A program made the translations under genes and the position numbers. 64,000 nt of DNA. It comes from the human T2T-CHM13v2.0 reference genome, Homo sapiens. Below, piece after piece: positions 1-14,159 of this stretch; position 1 is the first letter of the stretch, and every line of letters starts with the position of its first letter. The notes under the pieces are model-generated. The model worked only from the letters and a program-made list of their open reading frames with translations, was not told the DNA's origin and ran no database searches. The stretch lies in the NCBI RefSeq assembly GCF_009914755.1, contig NC_060938.1. The stretch is one strand, 5' to 3'.

Positions 1-207
1 TACATGGCTGTCCATACTTTGTTGACCATAAGCATAAAGATGGACATTTATTTCCCCTGTATCTTTCGGTCTTCATTTTGAAAGCTACCATGTCGTGTAA
101 AACTATAATAAAAAATCGTATGCCTTTTCTCCTATTAATCTGCCTTTTGTCAGGAATTTTCAGTGAACCTCTAGAGGATCATGGGGAAGTTTCCCCTTAC
201 CCCTACA
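1..207 (+). mobile_element. 3' part of ERV1-class LTR (MER39/MER34 group)
   Basis: 'tgccttttctcctattaatctgccttttgtcag...ttttcagtgaacct...ggggaagtttccccttacccctaca' resembles the recalled MER39/MER34 3' end and ends in CA; cut by the window edge. Confidence 0.7.
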
Positions 208-530
208 GTGTCTTTGATGGATTAACTGTTTATTTTTTTGTGACTCTACTTTATTTCCACTATTGGCTTTTTGGCATACCTTTTTGTTTTAGTTTTTAGT
301 GATTGCCCTAGGCTTTACAATACATGTCTTTGACTTACTACAGTCTGCCCTCAAACAATATTATGCCACTTCATTCTAGTTTTTCCCTTTTGTCCTTTGT
401 GCTATTGTTATTATATATTTTACTTCTACATATATTATAAGCCCCACAATTTACTGTCACTACATTTGCTTTAAACACCTATCTTTTAAAGAGTTTAAAA
501 ATGAAGAGAAAAAAGGCCTTTAAAAATATT
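208..530 (-). mobile_element. Old L1M (L1MC/MD-like) fragment
   Basis: 'gattgccctaggctttacaatacatgtctttgactta...caaacaatattatgccacttca...tgtgctattgttatt' resembles antisense old L1M internal sequence. Confidence 0.5.
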
Positions 531-2054
531 ATCTGTGGGTTTTTTGTTTGTTTGCCATTCTAGTTACACCATCTATATATTTTTTGATTGTTTTGTTTCT
601 CATGTTTGTTTTGGAAAGACTCAAAAGCATAGTCAGGCTGACATCTTGCCGTCTCTCCTTAGGTCATTTTTATTCTTATTTATATGTGCAGGCTATGCAA
701 CCTCTTAGAGGTGATGAATTATATGACATATTTATTGTTTAAAGTAATATTTCCTCCCTAATCCTAATATTAAAAATATGTCTGTGTGATCTGAGATAAA
801 TGAGTGCTCTAAAGTTAGATACCAGTTTTTAAAATGAGAATTTGAAGGACAGCCTTCATTGCCAAAACTATTGCAGAAATACCACAAATATCACTTAACA
901 TTCAGGCTTTATGATACAGACACGTTTGGAAGTGTGGACTAACCGCATAAGCTTTTATTTACTATAATATACCAATTCCTCACTTATCCAGAGGTAATTA
1001 CTCTGACAACCTCATCTGTTTGGAACACTACAGAAAATAATAAAGTAAAACAAATTGCTTCCAAACAGTTGAACTAGATGCATCAAGGTTATTAAAAATA
1101 AATTTCATGCGTTTTACTAAAAGGAGAACCTCTGACTCAGAACCCACTTGCTTCCATTAAAAACATAATTTCAACCAGCTTGGCTAATTGGTTTCTTTGC
1201 TTTCAGCAGAAGGAAGAAAGACAGAAGTTTGGGTGGTGGGGAAAGAAATGTAAAAGAAACACACATATTATGTAGAGTAAGAGATAATAATCAACATTTA
1301 TATATTCTTTTATGTTGCAGTCTCCTTTAGGGCAGTTAATAGTGTCCTATTTATCTTTGCGTTCTCTGCACAATCCCTGACACACTATATTTGATAAACA
1401 CTGCCCAAACAAACAAACAAGCAAATGAGAGTAAGAAGCTGGGGAGACACAGAACCACATGTTGAAAGAGGAATTTGAAAAGGATAGCAGCTAGAGGCCG
1501 CTCTGTGCAGAGGCAGAGAGTTCTTCATACTACACTCCACTGTGCAGTGAGAACATTTCTATTTAGGGAAAATAGGAGCCAGCGTGGAGCAATATAGCTC
1601 ATGTTGATATCAGTGACATGTCTTTCAGGAAAGGTTACATTTTAAAACCCAAGTGAGTTCTTATTGCCTTAAAAAATGATTTCCATTAATACTCCCCCAA
1701 CCCCCTTTCTATCCCTCTCTCCTAATCTCTATCTCTGGCTCTCTATTAAAAGTTTCACCTTTTCACATTCAGAAAATTCATTTATGCAGCAAATAGCTCA
1801 TTACCTCATGATGTGGCTAAAATGATCTGTTTCTGTACACAAAGTAGATGTTAGAAATTCTTTGTTCAATCAATTTATGGAGGAAAAGAAGTTTATACAT
1901 ACCCATGCCTCAAGTCTGAAAAATGCTATTCACCTTTAGTAAATGTGTAAACTCTATATAGGTAGACATATCTGCTCTCATGCTGATAATTTGTTTATTC
2001 AATTTGCCCTTGATACGTTATTCCCATCAAGACTTTTAGACTTAGAAGTGGTAA

Positions 2055-2330
2055 TAATGGTAATAATAGCAGCTGGCAGACCCTGAGTGGGGACATCTGT
2101 ATTTGCATGTCTGTACACCAGGAACTCTGCAAACAGCTGTCACGGTTTAACTTATTATTTAATTTTTACCACACTTTATGTGGTAGGAACTGTTGTCACC
2201 CAGTCTTACACATGGGGAACTCAGGCTTGGAGAGGTGTACTTATCAGCCCAGCAAATGGCAGAGCTGAGATTTGAGTCTCAGTGATCTGACTCCAAAACC
2301 TATGCTCTTACCGTTTGTGCTATATGCTTC
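2055..2330 (-). mobile_element. MIR SINE
   Basis: Antisense MIR core 'cccagtcttacacatggggaactcaggcttggagagg...ggcagagctgagatttgagtctcagtgatctgactccaaaacc'. Confidence 0.7.
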
Positions 2331-2729
2331 CTCTGTCTACCTGTCATCTCTGGGAACAAAGTGGTCAACAATAGCACAATTTCTATTTTTATCACACAAT
2401 AAAATATTGCTCTACTTTGCTGTCATATGGTCATGATGACAGGGATCAATTAAATAAAGTAACCCTTAGCTGGAGGGGAGAATAGGAAAATACATATATC
2501 TCTAGGCATTGTTTATTAATTTAATAATGGCTTTATCGCTCTCTTCCGCCCCCCTTGAATTTGATTGATATGTGTAGCTAAATCAGGTAAGTCATGAAAC
2601 ATTACCTTCCATCTCATCCCCTCCAGTTTGCTGGCTGTACTGAATTACTTGGATAATTTCATTATTTCCCTTCGTTACTCCTCTTTGGAGCTTCTTGGTC
2701 ATAGATTTCTTTTTCTTTTCTCGACCTAG

Positions 2730-3092
<363 letters not shown>

Positions 3093-5721
3093 TGAAACTC
3101 TTTTAATTCACAGAACCCAAAGAATAAAAACCGGCCACGCTGATTGGAATGGCTTTGTGTAAGTGCCATCAACTGAGAGGAAGATACCCAGTTTAACTAT
3201 TTTGACGTCCAGATGTGGAAGAAAATACAACACTGATTTCTTTTCCTAAACGAAGCAAACCAATATGTACACTTGCCAGAGGGCAAAGGACCCAGGGATG
3301 CTTTGTATATGACTTTAATAAAAAACATGTTTTTCTTTTAAAATCTTCCATGAGTGAGGTGGGAGTCAGGGATTTGAGGAAAAGCAAAAGATGGCTGCAC
3401 TGGGGAATAATGAAAAAGGAGGGGAGGGAGAGTGAGAGGAGCTGATAAGATGAAATGTGTTTAGGCTGTCTATCAGATGTCAGAAGCCATGCCCTGCTGT
3501 TCTGAAATTGCCTTTTCATGTTGCATTTCTTGAAGGTGAGCTCAAAGTGCAACCTTTAGTGTTCTTTTGGGAAAGAGAAAAATAAGAGTAAACACAGTCG
3601 TAAGTGCATGCCCATGATTTGTTCACAGTTTATCAAGATTATTGACATGGCCTTTTTAGACAAAAATGAGAGCAACTGTTTATTTTTTGATTGTATTGGT
3701 TCTCTCTGCTCTGTTGCTTCTATTGCTTCTTGCTAGCCTGGTCCTCTCTACTTGAGGCTACACATTTTGAGTATCATTAAGGATGTTACTATCTGCTCTC
3801 CAACTCTTGCCCTGACCTGAATAGTTACATCGGAGACATTATTTTCTTGCCTTCTTTCTTTTGCTGAAGTAATCTCAGTCATTCCTTGAGCTTATTAATT
3901 TCCCCCCTCATGTTTGATAAGGATATTTTACAGTGCAATCATGACTCAGAGTGAGGGATGGAATATAAAGTTAGAACTCCATTTTTTGAGCACTTAATCA
4001 GAGAGTGAGCAATCCAAAGTTGTTCCCTGACTGAAATCTTCACATCTGATTGCTTTTCCTACTCAGCCCCACTGTCTGATGCTTCTGGGTGCCTCAAACT
4101 GCTCGGTAATGGTGGCACCTGGGTTGCTGTAATGCTCATGGTCCTGTTTTGATGGTTTGTTTTATGTTTTTTTCTCAGACTTAAATAGCCTGCATACAGG
4201 TGCTGTCTGAGGAAGCTAAAGGCTGTCGTATTATGTCTAGAAACATTTGAGATCTAAATACCTGTGAACTGAGCTCTTAACTCTCTCACCTCCTTATGCT
4301 TCCCTGTGGTCTTGGCGCTACCAAAAAGGGCCCTTAAAATCTGAGATCTCCTTTGCTTATTGATCTGCAGAGACAGTGACCTTGATAGAAAACTACGGGC
4401 CTCTTGGAAGCAGTGTGGGAACTCAGAAGAAATCGCAGGTGCTGCACTCTCATTTTATTCTGCGTTCAGGCTGGCAGGCAGATCTATTCATTCCCCTGCC
4501 CGTGGCTTGACATCAAATTCTCCACCAGGAGGACCTCAACTCCCAGTGGAAAGCGGGGATAAGTGATGAACGAATCTTTTACTGCTTGTAAGAATGTGCC
4601 TGATACAGGATTTCTCCCTTATTTCCTAAAATCCTTCTGCATTTTTCAGTCCACTTCTCTCAGCAAAACCACGCAAATGGAAAGATGATTAAGTCTCAGA
4701 AGAGGCATGAAATGGCCGGAAGCTAAAAAGAGGAAAAGTTTAGGGTGGACGTTTTGAAAGATGAAGAGTAAGAGAGATTAGACAGTGGAATAGAAGTCCC
4801 ATCACTGCAGAGAGCCAAGGAAAGGTTAGATAAGATATTAACATTAATGAGGTAGAGCAAAGCCCTGGAGAGTAAAGGAGGCTTGACTAAAAGGAGGAGG
4901 GCTGGAGAGAGTCATAACAGCCAGCTCACAATAGATTATTTCCTCCCTGTATCCTGTTATGATTTTCACAGGACAATTTTTCAGGGTATCTAGGTTGCAA
5001 TCCCAGGCAACTAGGATACTTGTTTGTCTTATAAAGATGATTATTTATTCAACAAATATGTTTTTAGCTCCTACTACATGCCAGGCACTCAGGCTCCAAG
5101 AATATAACTATGTAAAGACAGAAATGATAGAGAGAACCAACAATCGGGGCTGTGGCCTGATGGCCCACTCTGGAAGAGAGATGAAAAAGATTGTCTCATG
5201 AATGACCCTGGAAATTCATAGTGCTTGGAAGAGCTTTTTTCTCCCCAGTGGAAGGCACAGCACACAATCACAACTGTTTGTGGAATTTTGCCCAAGGTTG
5301 CCTGGTGCTGGCAGCTGGCACTCTCAGACAACTCTCTGCAGACCTGGTACTCCTCTCAGACTGCCTGGGACCTATGTCCTTTGTTCTCCTCCTGATAAGG
5401 TGGTTCTCAGGCTTGCACTATGGGAAGGTAAAATAGCAGAAGGGCAGTGTCCCTTTCCAAATAGACACCTTTTGAGTCCATAAACACCCTCCTCTGCATG
5501 CATTCTAAGGGATGATGAGATCATAGACTTCTTCTCGATAAGCCTCCGCTTGCAAGTTTCCCCAGCGAAGTCCACCCCTTAACTCTTGCTACATGATTTA
5601 GCATTTGCCTTCTCTCTCCTTTGCCAGAGCTCCACAACCACTTAGTCGAATTTGGCCAACAGATATGTTTATCAATGTGGTTAGCTAGTGCATGTTTAGA
5701 AGAAAGTGAGTTGAATGCCTT

Positions 5722-7121
5722 TGTGTCCAGAATTGGTGGGTTCTTGGTCTCACTGACTTCAAGAATGAAGCCACGGACCCTCATGGTGAGTGTTACAGTT
5801 CTTAAAGGCAGCGTGTCTGGAGTTTGTTCCTTCTGATGTTCGGATGTGTTCGGAGTTTATTCCTTCTGGTGGGTTCGTGGTCTTGTTGGCTCACGAGTGA
5901 AGCCGCAGACCTTCGCGGCGAGCGTTACAGCTCTTAAGGCAGCGCATCTGGAGTTGTTTGTTCCTCTCGGTGGTTTCATGGTCTCACTGGCTTCAGGAGT
6001 GAAGCTGCAGACCTTTGCAGTGAGTGTTACAGCTCACAAAGGCAGTGTGGACCCAAAGAGTGAGCAGTAGCAAGATATATTGCAAAGAGCTAAAGAATAA
6101 AGCTTCCACAGTGTGGAAGGGGACCTGAGCAGGTTGCCACTGCTGGTTTGGGCAGCCTGCTTTTATTCCCTTATCTGGCCCAACCCACATCCTGGTGATT
6201 GGTCCATTTTACAGAGAGCTGATTGGTCTGTTTTATAGAGAGCTGATTGGTCCGTTTTGACAGGGTGCTGATTGGTGCATTTACAATCCCTGAGCCAGAC
6301 ACAAAAGTTCTCCAAGTCCCCACTAGATTAGCTAGACACAGAGCACTGATTGGTGCATTTACAAACCTTGAGCTAGACACAGGGTGCTGGTTGGTGCATT
6401 TACAAACCTTGAGCTAGATACACAGTGCTGATAGGTGTATTTACAATCCCTCAGCTAGACATAAAGATTCTCCAAGTCCCCACCAGCTCAGCTAGACACA
6501 GAGTGCTGATTGGTGCACAGAGTGCTGATTGGTGCATTTACAAACCTTGAGCTAGACACAGGGTGCTGATTGGTGCATTTACAAACCCTGAGCTAGACTG
6601 GGACTGGGCGCTGCGGAGCAGGGGGCGGTGCTCCTTGGGGAGGCTCAGGCTGTGCAGGAGCCCACAGTGGGGGAGAGGGGGAGGCTCAGGCATGGCGGGC
6701 TGCAGGTCCCCAGCCCTGCCCTGCGGGGAGGCAGCTAAGGCCGGGGGAGAAATCCAGCACAGCACCCATGAGCCAGCACTGCTGGGGGACCCGGCGCACC
6801 CTCCGCAGCTGCTGGCCCAGGTGCTAAGCCCCCGGCCGCTCGGAGTGTGGGGCCTGCCAAGCCCACGCCCACGCCCACGCAGAACCCTAACTGGCCTCCA
6901 AGCGCCCCACGAAGCCCCGGTTCCCGCCCGTGCCTCTCCCTCCCCACCTCCCTGCAGGCTGAGGGAGCCGGCTCTGGCCTCAGCCATCCCAGGAAGGGGC
7001 TTCCACAGTGCAGCGGCGGGCTGAAGGGCTCCTCAAGCGCGGCCAGAGTGGGCGCCAAGGCTGAGGAGGTGCCAAGAGCGAGTGAGGGCTGCAAGGGCTG
7101 CCAGCACGTTGTCACCTTTCA
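5722..7121 (-). mobile_element. Solo ERV9 LTR (LTR12C-like)
   Basis: Begins tgtgtccagaattggtggg (reverse complement of LTR12 3' end) and ends ccagcacgttgtcacctttca (reverse complement of 5' end); tandem ~40-bp ATTGG repeats 6190-6600; GC/CpG-rich U3 6600-7110; 4-bp TSD cctt/cgtt with 1 mismatch. Confidence 0.93.
6190..6600 (-). promoter_or_regulatory. LTR12 tandem enhancer/promoter repeats with 8 intact CCAAT (NF-Y) boxes
   Basis: 8 'gattggt' copies counted plus 2 mutated ones (ggttgg, gatagg); LTR12 repeats are known NF-Y-bound promoter/enhancer modules; activity here is not shown. Confidence 0.6.
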
Positions 7122-7927
7122 CGTTTACATGGGGGTAAGTACTGCTGTGGTCTCAGACCCTCACAGGCTCACTCGTTTGTGTTACTGCCTGACCCCTAGT
7201 TGCACTTGAATGTGCCTTACCTGTGAATGCAGGTGTGATGTGCTACAGAGGGGCTGCATGAGGAACCATGGAAGCATGTGAGAGGGGCACCTACCTGTGG
7301 GACTTCAGAGGAAATGGCTTTGAAACCAAGACATGAAGGACAAGAGGGAGTTAACTAGGGGACGAGTTGGAGATGGGAGTGGAGCTAGTGACAAAAGTGT
7401 TTTGTGTAGAAGGGGCCAGGTGGGAAGTCCTAAAAAGAGATGACTTGGTGTCTGCTGGGAGTAGAGAGTCCAGCATGTCTGGAGTGATGAGCCCAAAGGA
7501 CCTACAACAGTTTGAAGAGTTTTTCTTGGGTTGGTGACAAATTGCTGCGAAGTCTTTTTACACCCTCTTTCCTGCTTCCCCCTGTGACCAACATTTGGGG
7601 GATTTCAGACAGAGTGAGAGGAAGGATCTGTGAATAGCCTGGGAATAGGATAAAATTAATGGAGACAAAACCTTTACTTCCTCAATTTTCCTTTTTTAAA
7701 ATCAAATCTCTTTTCCACAATAGAGATCCATTTAATAACTGCTAAATAACTTGAAACAAATCTGTGAACTGCTGGTATTTCCTTTTTATTTTCTTTATAT
7801 ATTTTTCTCTTTTATCTTACCCCTCCTTGTCTCCTTTCTTTTTTTTTTTTCCTTAAGAAGGACTTAGATATAACAATTAACTAAATAGTTCATTGCACTT
7901 AATTTTACCTTCAGTGATTTGGGAATC

Positions 7928-8671
7928 TGAGGAAGTGCCTAAGTCCCTAGGGAAGCCCTAACACAGATCATTGAAAATAAGACCTGTAGTAAAACAAACA
8001 AAAAAACAGAATGAAAAACAAAAGGCTTAACTTCTCCTATTGAAAACAAGAGATTTCCCGCCCCTTCCTTTTGTAAGAACATTTACCTTAAAAAACTGGT
8101 AAATGTAAGTACTTTCTCTATCTTTTTGAAATACATCTTTTTAGAAAAAGTCTTTTGTCAGCTTTAGGACCTGGGAATGTTTTTCTCAAGGATCTGGGGG
8201 CCATCTCTTTGAAATGTAACATCAAGAGAGATAGTGCCCTTATCTCCCTGTTTCTCTGGAGTTATTGGAGCCTAACTTCACGGCTACCTTGCTCCAGATG
8301 GTAAAACTACTTCCTGTCATAAAGACCTCCTTATCCCCGACTTTTGGTTGAAATCAATTAGCTAACAGAGTCCAGCACCCCAATTACCAAGAAATTTACC
8401 CCAATTACCAAGTATAGTTTGGATGGACTGTATTTGGGATCAGCAGTCGTCTTCCTTGAGGACTAGTTATTGTTCATCTTGAAAACATGTATGTGATGAG
8501 TCGCGTTGGATTTCTTTCTGTTTTTGTAATTTCTTCGTGGATTGCCTGTGACACGCATCACATTGTGGTTTAATGCCTATTCCTTAATAAAACTGTTTTC
8601 TTTCTCTGCTACCTTTGTGGAGATAATTTCTGGGTTGGGACAAGATTTTGTTTATTGCATTTCCCCCAACA
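7928..8671 (+). mobile_element. Solo ERV1-class LTR (LTR48/MER72-like; subfamily uncertain)
   Basis: 'ttgaaatgtaacatcaagagagatagtgcccttatctcc', AATAAA at ~8586, terminal 'ttcccccaaca'; 5' boundary approximate. Confidence 0.6.
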
Positions 8672-10418
8672 GACCTTACAGAGAGTAACATTTTGTTTGT
8701 CCTCTCCCAGAGTCTTTTAGGAGAACCTTGTACTATGAAAATGGAAACTGTCACCCTCTGCTTCTCAGTTGCTAAGCCTGGTATGAGTTCTGTTTGGCAG
8801 ATGGAAGGCCAGCCCTTTCAAATTTTCCCAGGTGGACTAAGCACTGTTTGCTTTCAGAAGTTCTCAGCGAGGCTTTCATTTTAAATTCATAAAAGTTATC
8901 ATCCAACTCCCAACAATTGTTTAATAAAAGGCAATTAGCCAGCCAAAAATATAATGGCTTTTATGTCAAAATATGCTGGAGACAGCTGCTAAGCAGGCCA
9001 CTGGCGTCCTCTGGGCCATATGGTGTGAGTCCCAGGCATATGTACAGCCAGGCACAACAGCACAGAGCATATTGGGAGTAATAAACCCAGCCCCCCACTC
9101 TCTTCCCTCTCCCCCAACTCAAATCTCTCCACTCCAGAGAAACTGACAGCAGGAAATTCTCTGGAGTAAATTGCCTAAGTCAAGATTCACGAAACTCATT
9201 TATTAGGCAAGGATCTAATCTGGCAATAGATGCAGAAAGCCCTAGTTCCCTAGCCTGGTTTGGATAAAATCCATGCAAACCTTATTGCATTGCAGAAAAA
9301 CGATTAAGAAAAAGCCTCCACAAAACAACGAACTCAACAGCACTCATCAAGAAAATTGAACTCAGATTATAAACTTAAAAAAATCTGTTTGCTTCTTATG
9401 ACTTAATATTTGCATGGAAAAAGTTCCTGGAATTTTCTATTTCTTGCAAAGATAGTTTTATTCTCCCCAGCATTCTTGAAAGCAGTCGTTCATTGCCCTG
9501 CCTTGCTCGTAAGGAGATACTCCGGTGATTGATATCTTGGTGATGGCCCCATATGTCTTCTGTTGTCCTTAGAAGCACAGATCCAGATATGTGCTTATTT
9601 TAATCATAGGAGGTAGAGAAAAAGGAAACTTTCCTGATTTTGTTTTTTGCCAGAAAGGTCTATTGTCATCAAAGGCATGCTTATTTTGAGAACAAAGCAC
9701 AGGCAAATCACCTTTTGTTCATAGAGAGCTTTTCCATCCCAAAGGATCCTAGGGTTTGTAAACATTCTGAGGCTGTTTTTAGAGCATTCACATTGCCAGT
9801 GTCCTTAAGGACAGGTCCTGGAGGCTGCTCTATAATCATGCTTTCTGGCCATTTTGGAGTGCCAGCAAAACTGTATTCTATAGATAAGAAAATATATAAT
9901 GTTTTTGAGGATAATATATTTTTTCCTGTAAATAAACCTTTAAGAGCATAGTGTGGGCAGTAGCGTTCCGGAATAGCCCTTGGAAAGGGGGCAGCTCATA
10001 CCTAGGAATCCCCGGACTCCAAATTTCAATTTATTCCTCAGTCCTCTCTTTCCCTAAGAAAGTTTTCAGCAAAGTTGCGATGATGGCGTGTGTTGGGGTC
10101 CCTTAAGAACACTCCCAGTTTCCATAATTTCCTAGGAGGACTCACAGGACTCAGCATGGGGATCATGTCAGTCATGGAGATCGATTATAGTGAAAACATA
10201 CAAAGCAGAGTCAGCAAAGAGAAAAAGCACAGGGAATGAAGTCTGAAGGAAAGCAGGTGCAAGCCTCTCCCAGGGGAGTCACACAGCTTGTGCTTAATCC
10301 CCCCAGCAGAGAGTTGTGACAACACATGTGAAGTAATAGTCTAATGGTGAAGCTTATTAGAAACTCAGTGCTCAAGGTTTTTTATGGAAGGTTGGTCATG
10401 TAGGCACCCTCTGCCTAG

Positions 10419-11164
<746 letters not shown>

Positions 11165-12799
11165 CTAGCATGTACTGGAATGCCAGCCTCCAGAAGAAAC
11201 ACACGTATCCAGTACAAACCATATTGTATGCATGAATAGTTTAGGCACATCGAACCATTCTTACCAGTTCTGGGAATAGTGGTAACCCTCCCCAAATGCA
11301 AGTTCCCAGTTGCTAGTCAAGAGCCAACCTTGCAAAAAATCTTTTCTCACGATAGCAGTCGCTACACATACAGTTGGCTACGTTAACTCTTCTGCACAAG
11401 TAGCATTATAAACTGATTGTTCTAGCTTTTTTACATCCCCTCTTCATCCTCCTGCAGAGAAGTACGAAGTACTTTTTTGGTGCTCCTAGGAAGGTGGTAG
11501 AAATGGAGTAGACAGGTTGATGAAAAGTAAAAGGCATAGCTTGGGCCTTGATGTAGGTCTAGTATAGTGAGGACTCTAAGAGAGGCAGTATGGCGAAACT
11601 TACAAAGCAGTAGTTTTAGAATTAGGCTGACCTGGGTTTAAATTCTGCTCCATATTTCTATACGACTTTAAAAATTTCAAACCTTCCATGTTCATGTACT
11701 TGTGGATAATCTACCAAGTGTTTAATGCTCTAGAAAAGCAAGAGTTAGATAAATTTTGTAGGAAGTAAGAGAATCTTCACTTTAGGAGAAATATTATATT
11801 GTAGACTTATGGGCATATAAATTAGTAGGTGAGTCAAAAATAAAAGGAGCGTTCCTGTATGTGGAATCCAATGGGGTTTGGATTCTCATTCCATCTTTAA
11901 ATGAATATGTCTACACACTCAGTGTATATATGAAAGAATATGCTAAGAGGACTACAAGATGTCAGCGATGTAGTCTGTGTCCTCAAGATGCGTATAGTCT
12001 AGTACAGGATCTGATGGGGTGACAGAGATTCTGAATGAGATAGTGAACGGAGCCATAAAATCCCAGACACTTTTACTCGAGAATCACAAAGGATAGAACA
12101 AAGTGAGCGATAGAAACAATATTTTTCATGCACACTAGTTTCTTGTAACTCACCATTAATGTGTCACTTACGAATTTAACTCTTCTTATAAGACTTGTTT
12201 TCAAAAAAAATTTGGCTGTGTTTTCAGATTATGTCATTCCATGAGTCAACACACTAAGCAAACTAGTAGTCCTGGGGAAGTAGAATCTTGATTTACTTGT
12301 TCTGATGTGTTAACCCAAATAGTATTGAGTTTGATTTTCCTGCCTCCACCTCTCTAGGCTGGGGGATCTTCCTTGCTTATTATCTTCAGATATGAGGTCA
12401 CTAATTCCCTTAACTTCCTTCTAAGCTTTATTTAAGCTCATAATTTTCATGAAGCATGAAAACCAGAACAGCAAACATGTTCTCAATTTGGGCTCTCTGT
12501 GGCTTGACATGATGCTTTGTTAATTTCATGGTGGGAGGGAGGAGTCCTCACTCTGGACCTTTGTTTTCAGAACTGTCAGACTTAATAGCTCAAGCACCTG
12601 GCCAGTGGTCCTGGTTTTCAGGTCTCTGCTTCTGTCCATGATCTCATATTCAGTCATACAAACATATACATCTAGAGTCTTATGAACTCAATATATAAAA
12701 GGCTTTTGATTGATCTGCTCCATATTTTACAATGATCTCTGGATAGAAGCTGTGAAATAGATTACACAGTGGTTGATGGTATGAGTTCCTCAGCTTCAG

Positions 12800-13300
12800 T
12801 GTCCAGTTCTAAACCCAGTTCAGATAATTAGCAGCTGTGAGACAGTGGACAATTTACTTGATCTCTTTGTTCTCAGTTTCCTCACTTATTATTTTTTATT
12901 TTTATTTTTTGAGACGGAGCCTTGCTCTGTTGCCCAGGCTGGAGAGCAGTGGCGTGATCTTGGCTCACTGCAATCTCCACCTCCTGGGTTTGAGCAATTC
13001 TCTGCCTCAGCCTCCTGAGTAGCTGAGATTACAGATGCCCACTACCAAACCTGGCTAATTTTTGTATTTTTAGTAGAGACAGGGCTTCACCATCTTGGCC
13101 AGCCTGGTCTTGAACTCCTGACCTCGTGATCCACCCGCCTCAGCCTTCCAAAGTGCTGGGATTACAGGCGTGAGCCACCGTGCCTGGCCAGTTCCCTCAC
13201 TTATAACATGGGGAATAAAATATTAGTGTCTATCTCAGGAGTAAACACAAATATTTTTGACAAGCTTAAAGCAATGTCTGACAGTATATTATGCTTTATA
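12800..13300 (+). mobile_element. MIR interrupted by an Alu
   Basis: 'gcagctgtgagacagtggacaatttacttgatctctttgttctcagtttcctcacttat' continues after the Alu as 'aacatggggaataaaatattag'. Confidence 0.65.
12890..13189 (-). mobile_element. Alu (AluSg4/Sg7-like)
   Basis: Full Alu; 15-bp TSD agtttcctcacttat (12875-12889) / agttccctcacttat (13190-13204). Confidence 0.95.
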
Positions 13301-13782
13301 AATATAGAAATTAGAAAAAGAATCATGCCTTATTATAATATCTCTTAGTTTTTTTTCTTGGATTATAAATAATTGCTTTGTGTTGTGTCTTACAATAATT
13401 GCAGGAGACTAACTAGTATAGACACCCAATTCTCTCACCAATTTACCCTTCTTAGTCCACAGTCTAGTTTCCCATGGCAGAACTCTGATTTATGCTAAAT
13501 AGAAAAAAGAAATGAGAACTTCTGAAAGAAGATTTCATTATTTTATTATTAATATGAGAAAGAATACTAGAGTACTGTTAGTTCCTTTTTTTCTGGTTAA
13601 AATGTGGTTACAAATCTTTTATTCTGGAAAATTCTACAATGTTTCTTCACCGTTTCTGTCACAATAACATGTTGAACTTATTCTTCCCACCTAGTGAGGC
13701 AATGAGGTGCAGTGGGCGCGTATATCAATGTTGCTCTAAGGAAAAAAAGTGCTGGTGTGTGATCCCATGCAGGGCATCACAG

Positions 13783-13811
13783 ACACACACACAAACACAC
13801 ACACACACACA
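13783..13811. repeat. (CA)n microsatellite, interrupted
   Basis: acacacacacaaacacacacacacacaca. Confidence 0.9.
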
Positions 13812-14140
13812 GACCATGGAGATTTCTTTGAAATGAGAAAAAAAAAATGTATCTAGCACATAGTAGGTACTAAGCAAGTACTAACTCCTTTTACTTTGCC
13901 TGGCTGCCAGAAGTAATTTTCCCTCTCAATATTTAAATTGACCTTTCTTTCCTGTTAGTAAGGAAAACAGAAGGATTTTTTTTTAAGCTCATACCATAAA
14001 CTGTGTGATGTTTAGTTTCTGCAGAGGTGTGAAGAAGTCCTGCTGTTAAAAGTGGAGTAAGACTTTTTTTGTTGGGTGGAAGCCCAGAAAATGTTAGATA
14101 AGCCAAGGTGAAGACTATTCGTGATAAAGGATAGCATGGA

Positions 14141-14159
14141 TGCGTGTGTGTGTGTGTGT
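14141..14159. repeat. (TG)n microsatellite
   Basis: tgcgtgtgtgtgtgtgtgt. Confidence 0.85.

Noticed and set aside
6190-6600. Repeat-spacer-like array resembling CRISPR
   Set aside because: The units are the known LTR12 tandem repeats with non-unique spacers, in primate DNA with no cas genes.
6600-7110. CpG-island-like gene promoter
   Set aside because: The CpG richness is confined to the LTR12 element, and no exon of a cellular gene is evident.
6538-7209. Overlapping 120-153 aa ORFs on both strands
   Set aside because: They lie in the GC-rich LTR12 U3, where stop codons are rare; the translations are low-complexity and show no recognisable domain.
8377-8412. 15-bp direct repeat accccaattaccaag
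   Set aside because: A small slippage duplication inside an old LTR with no sign of function.
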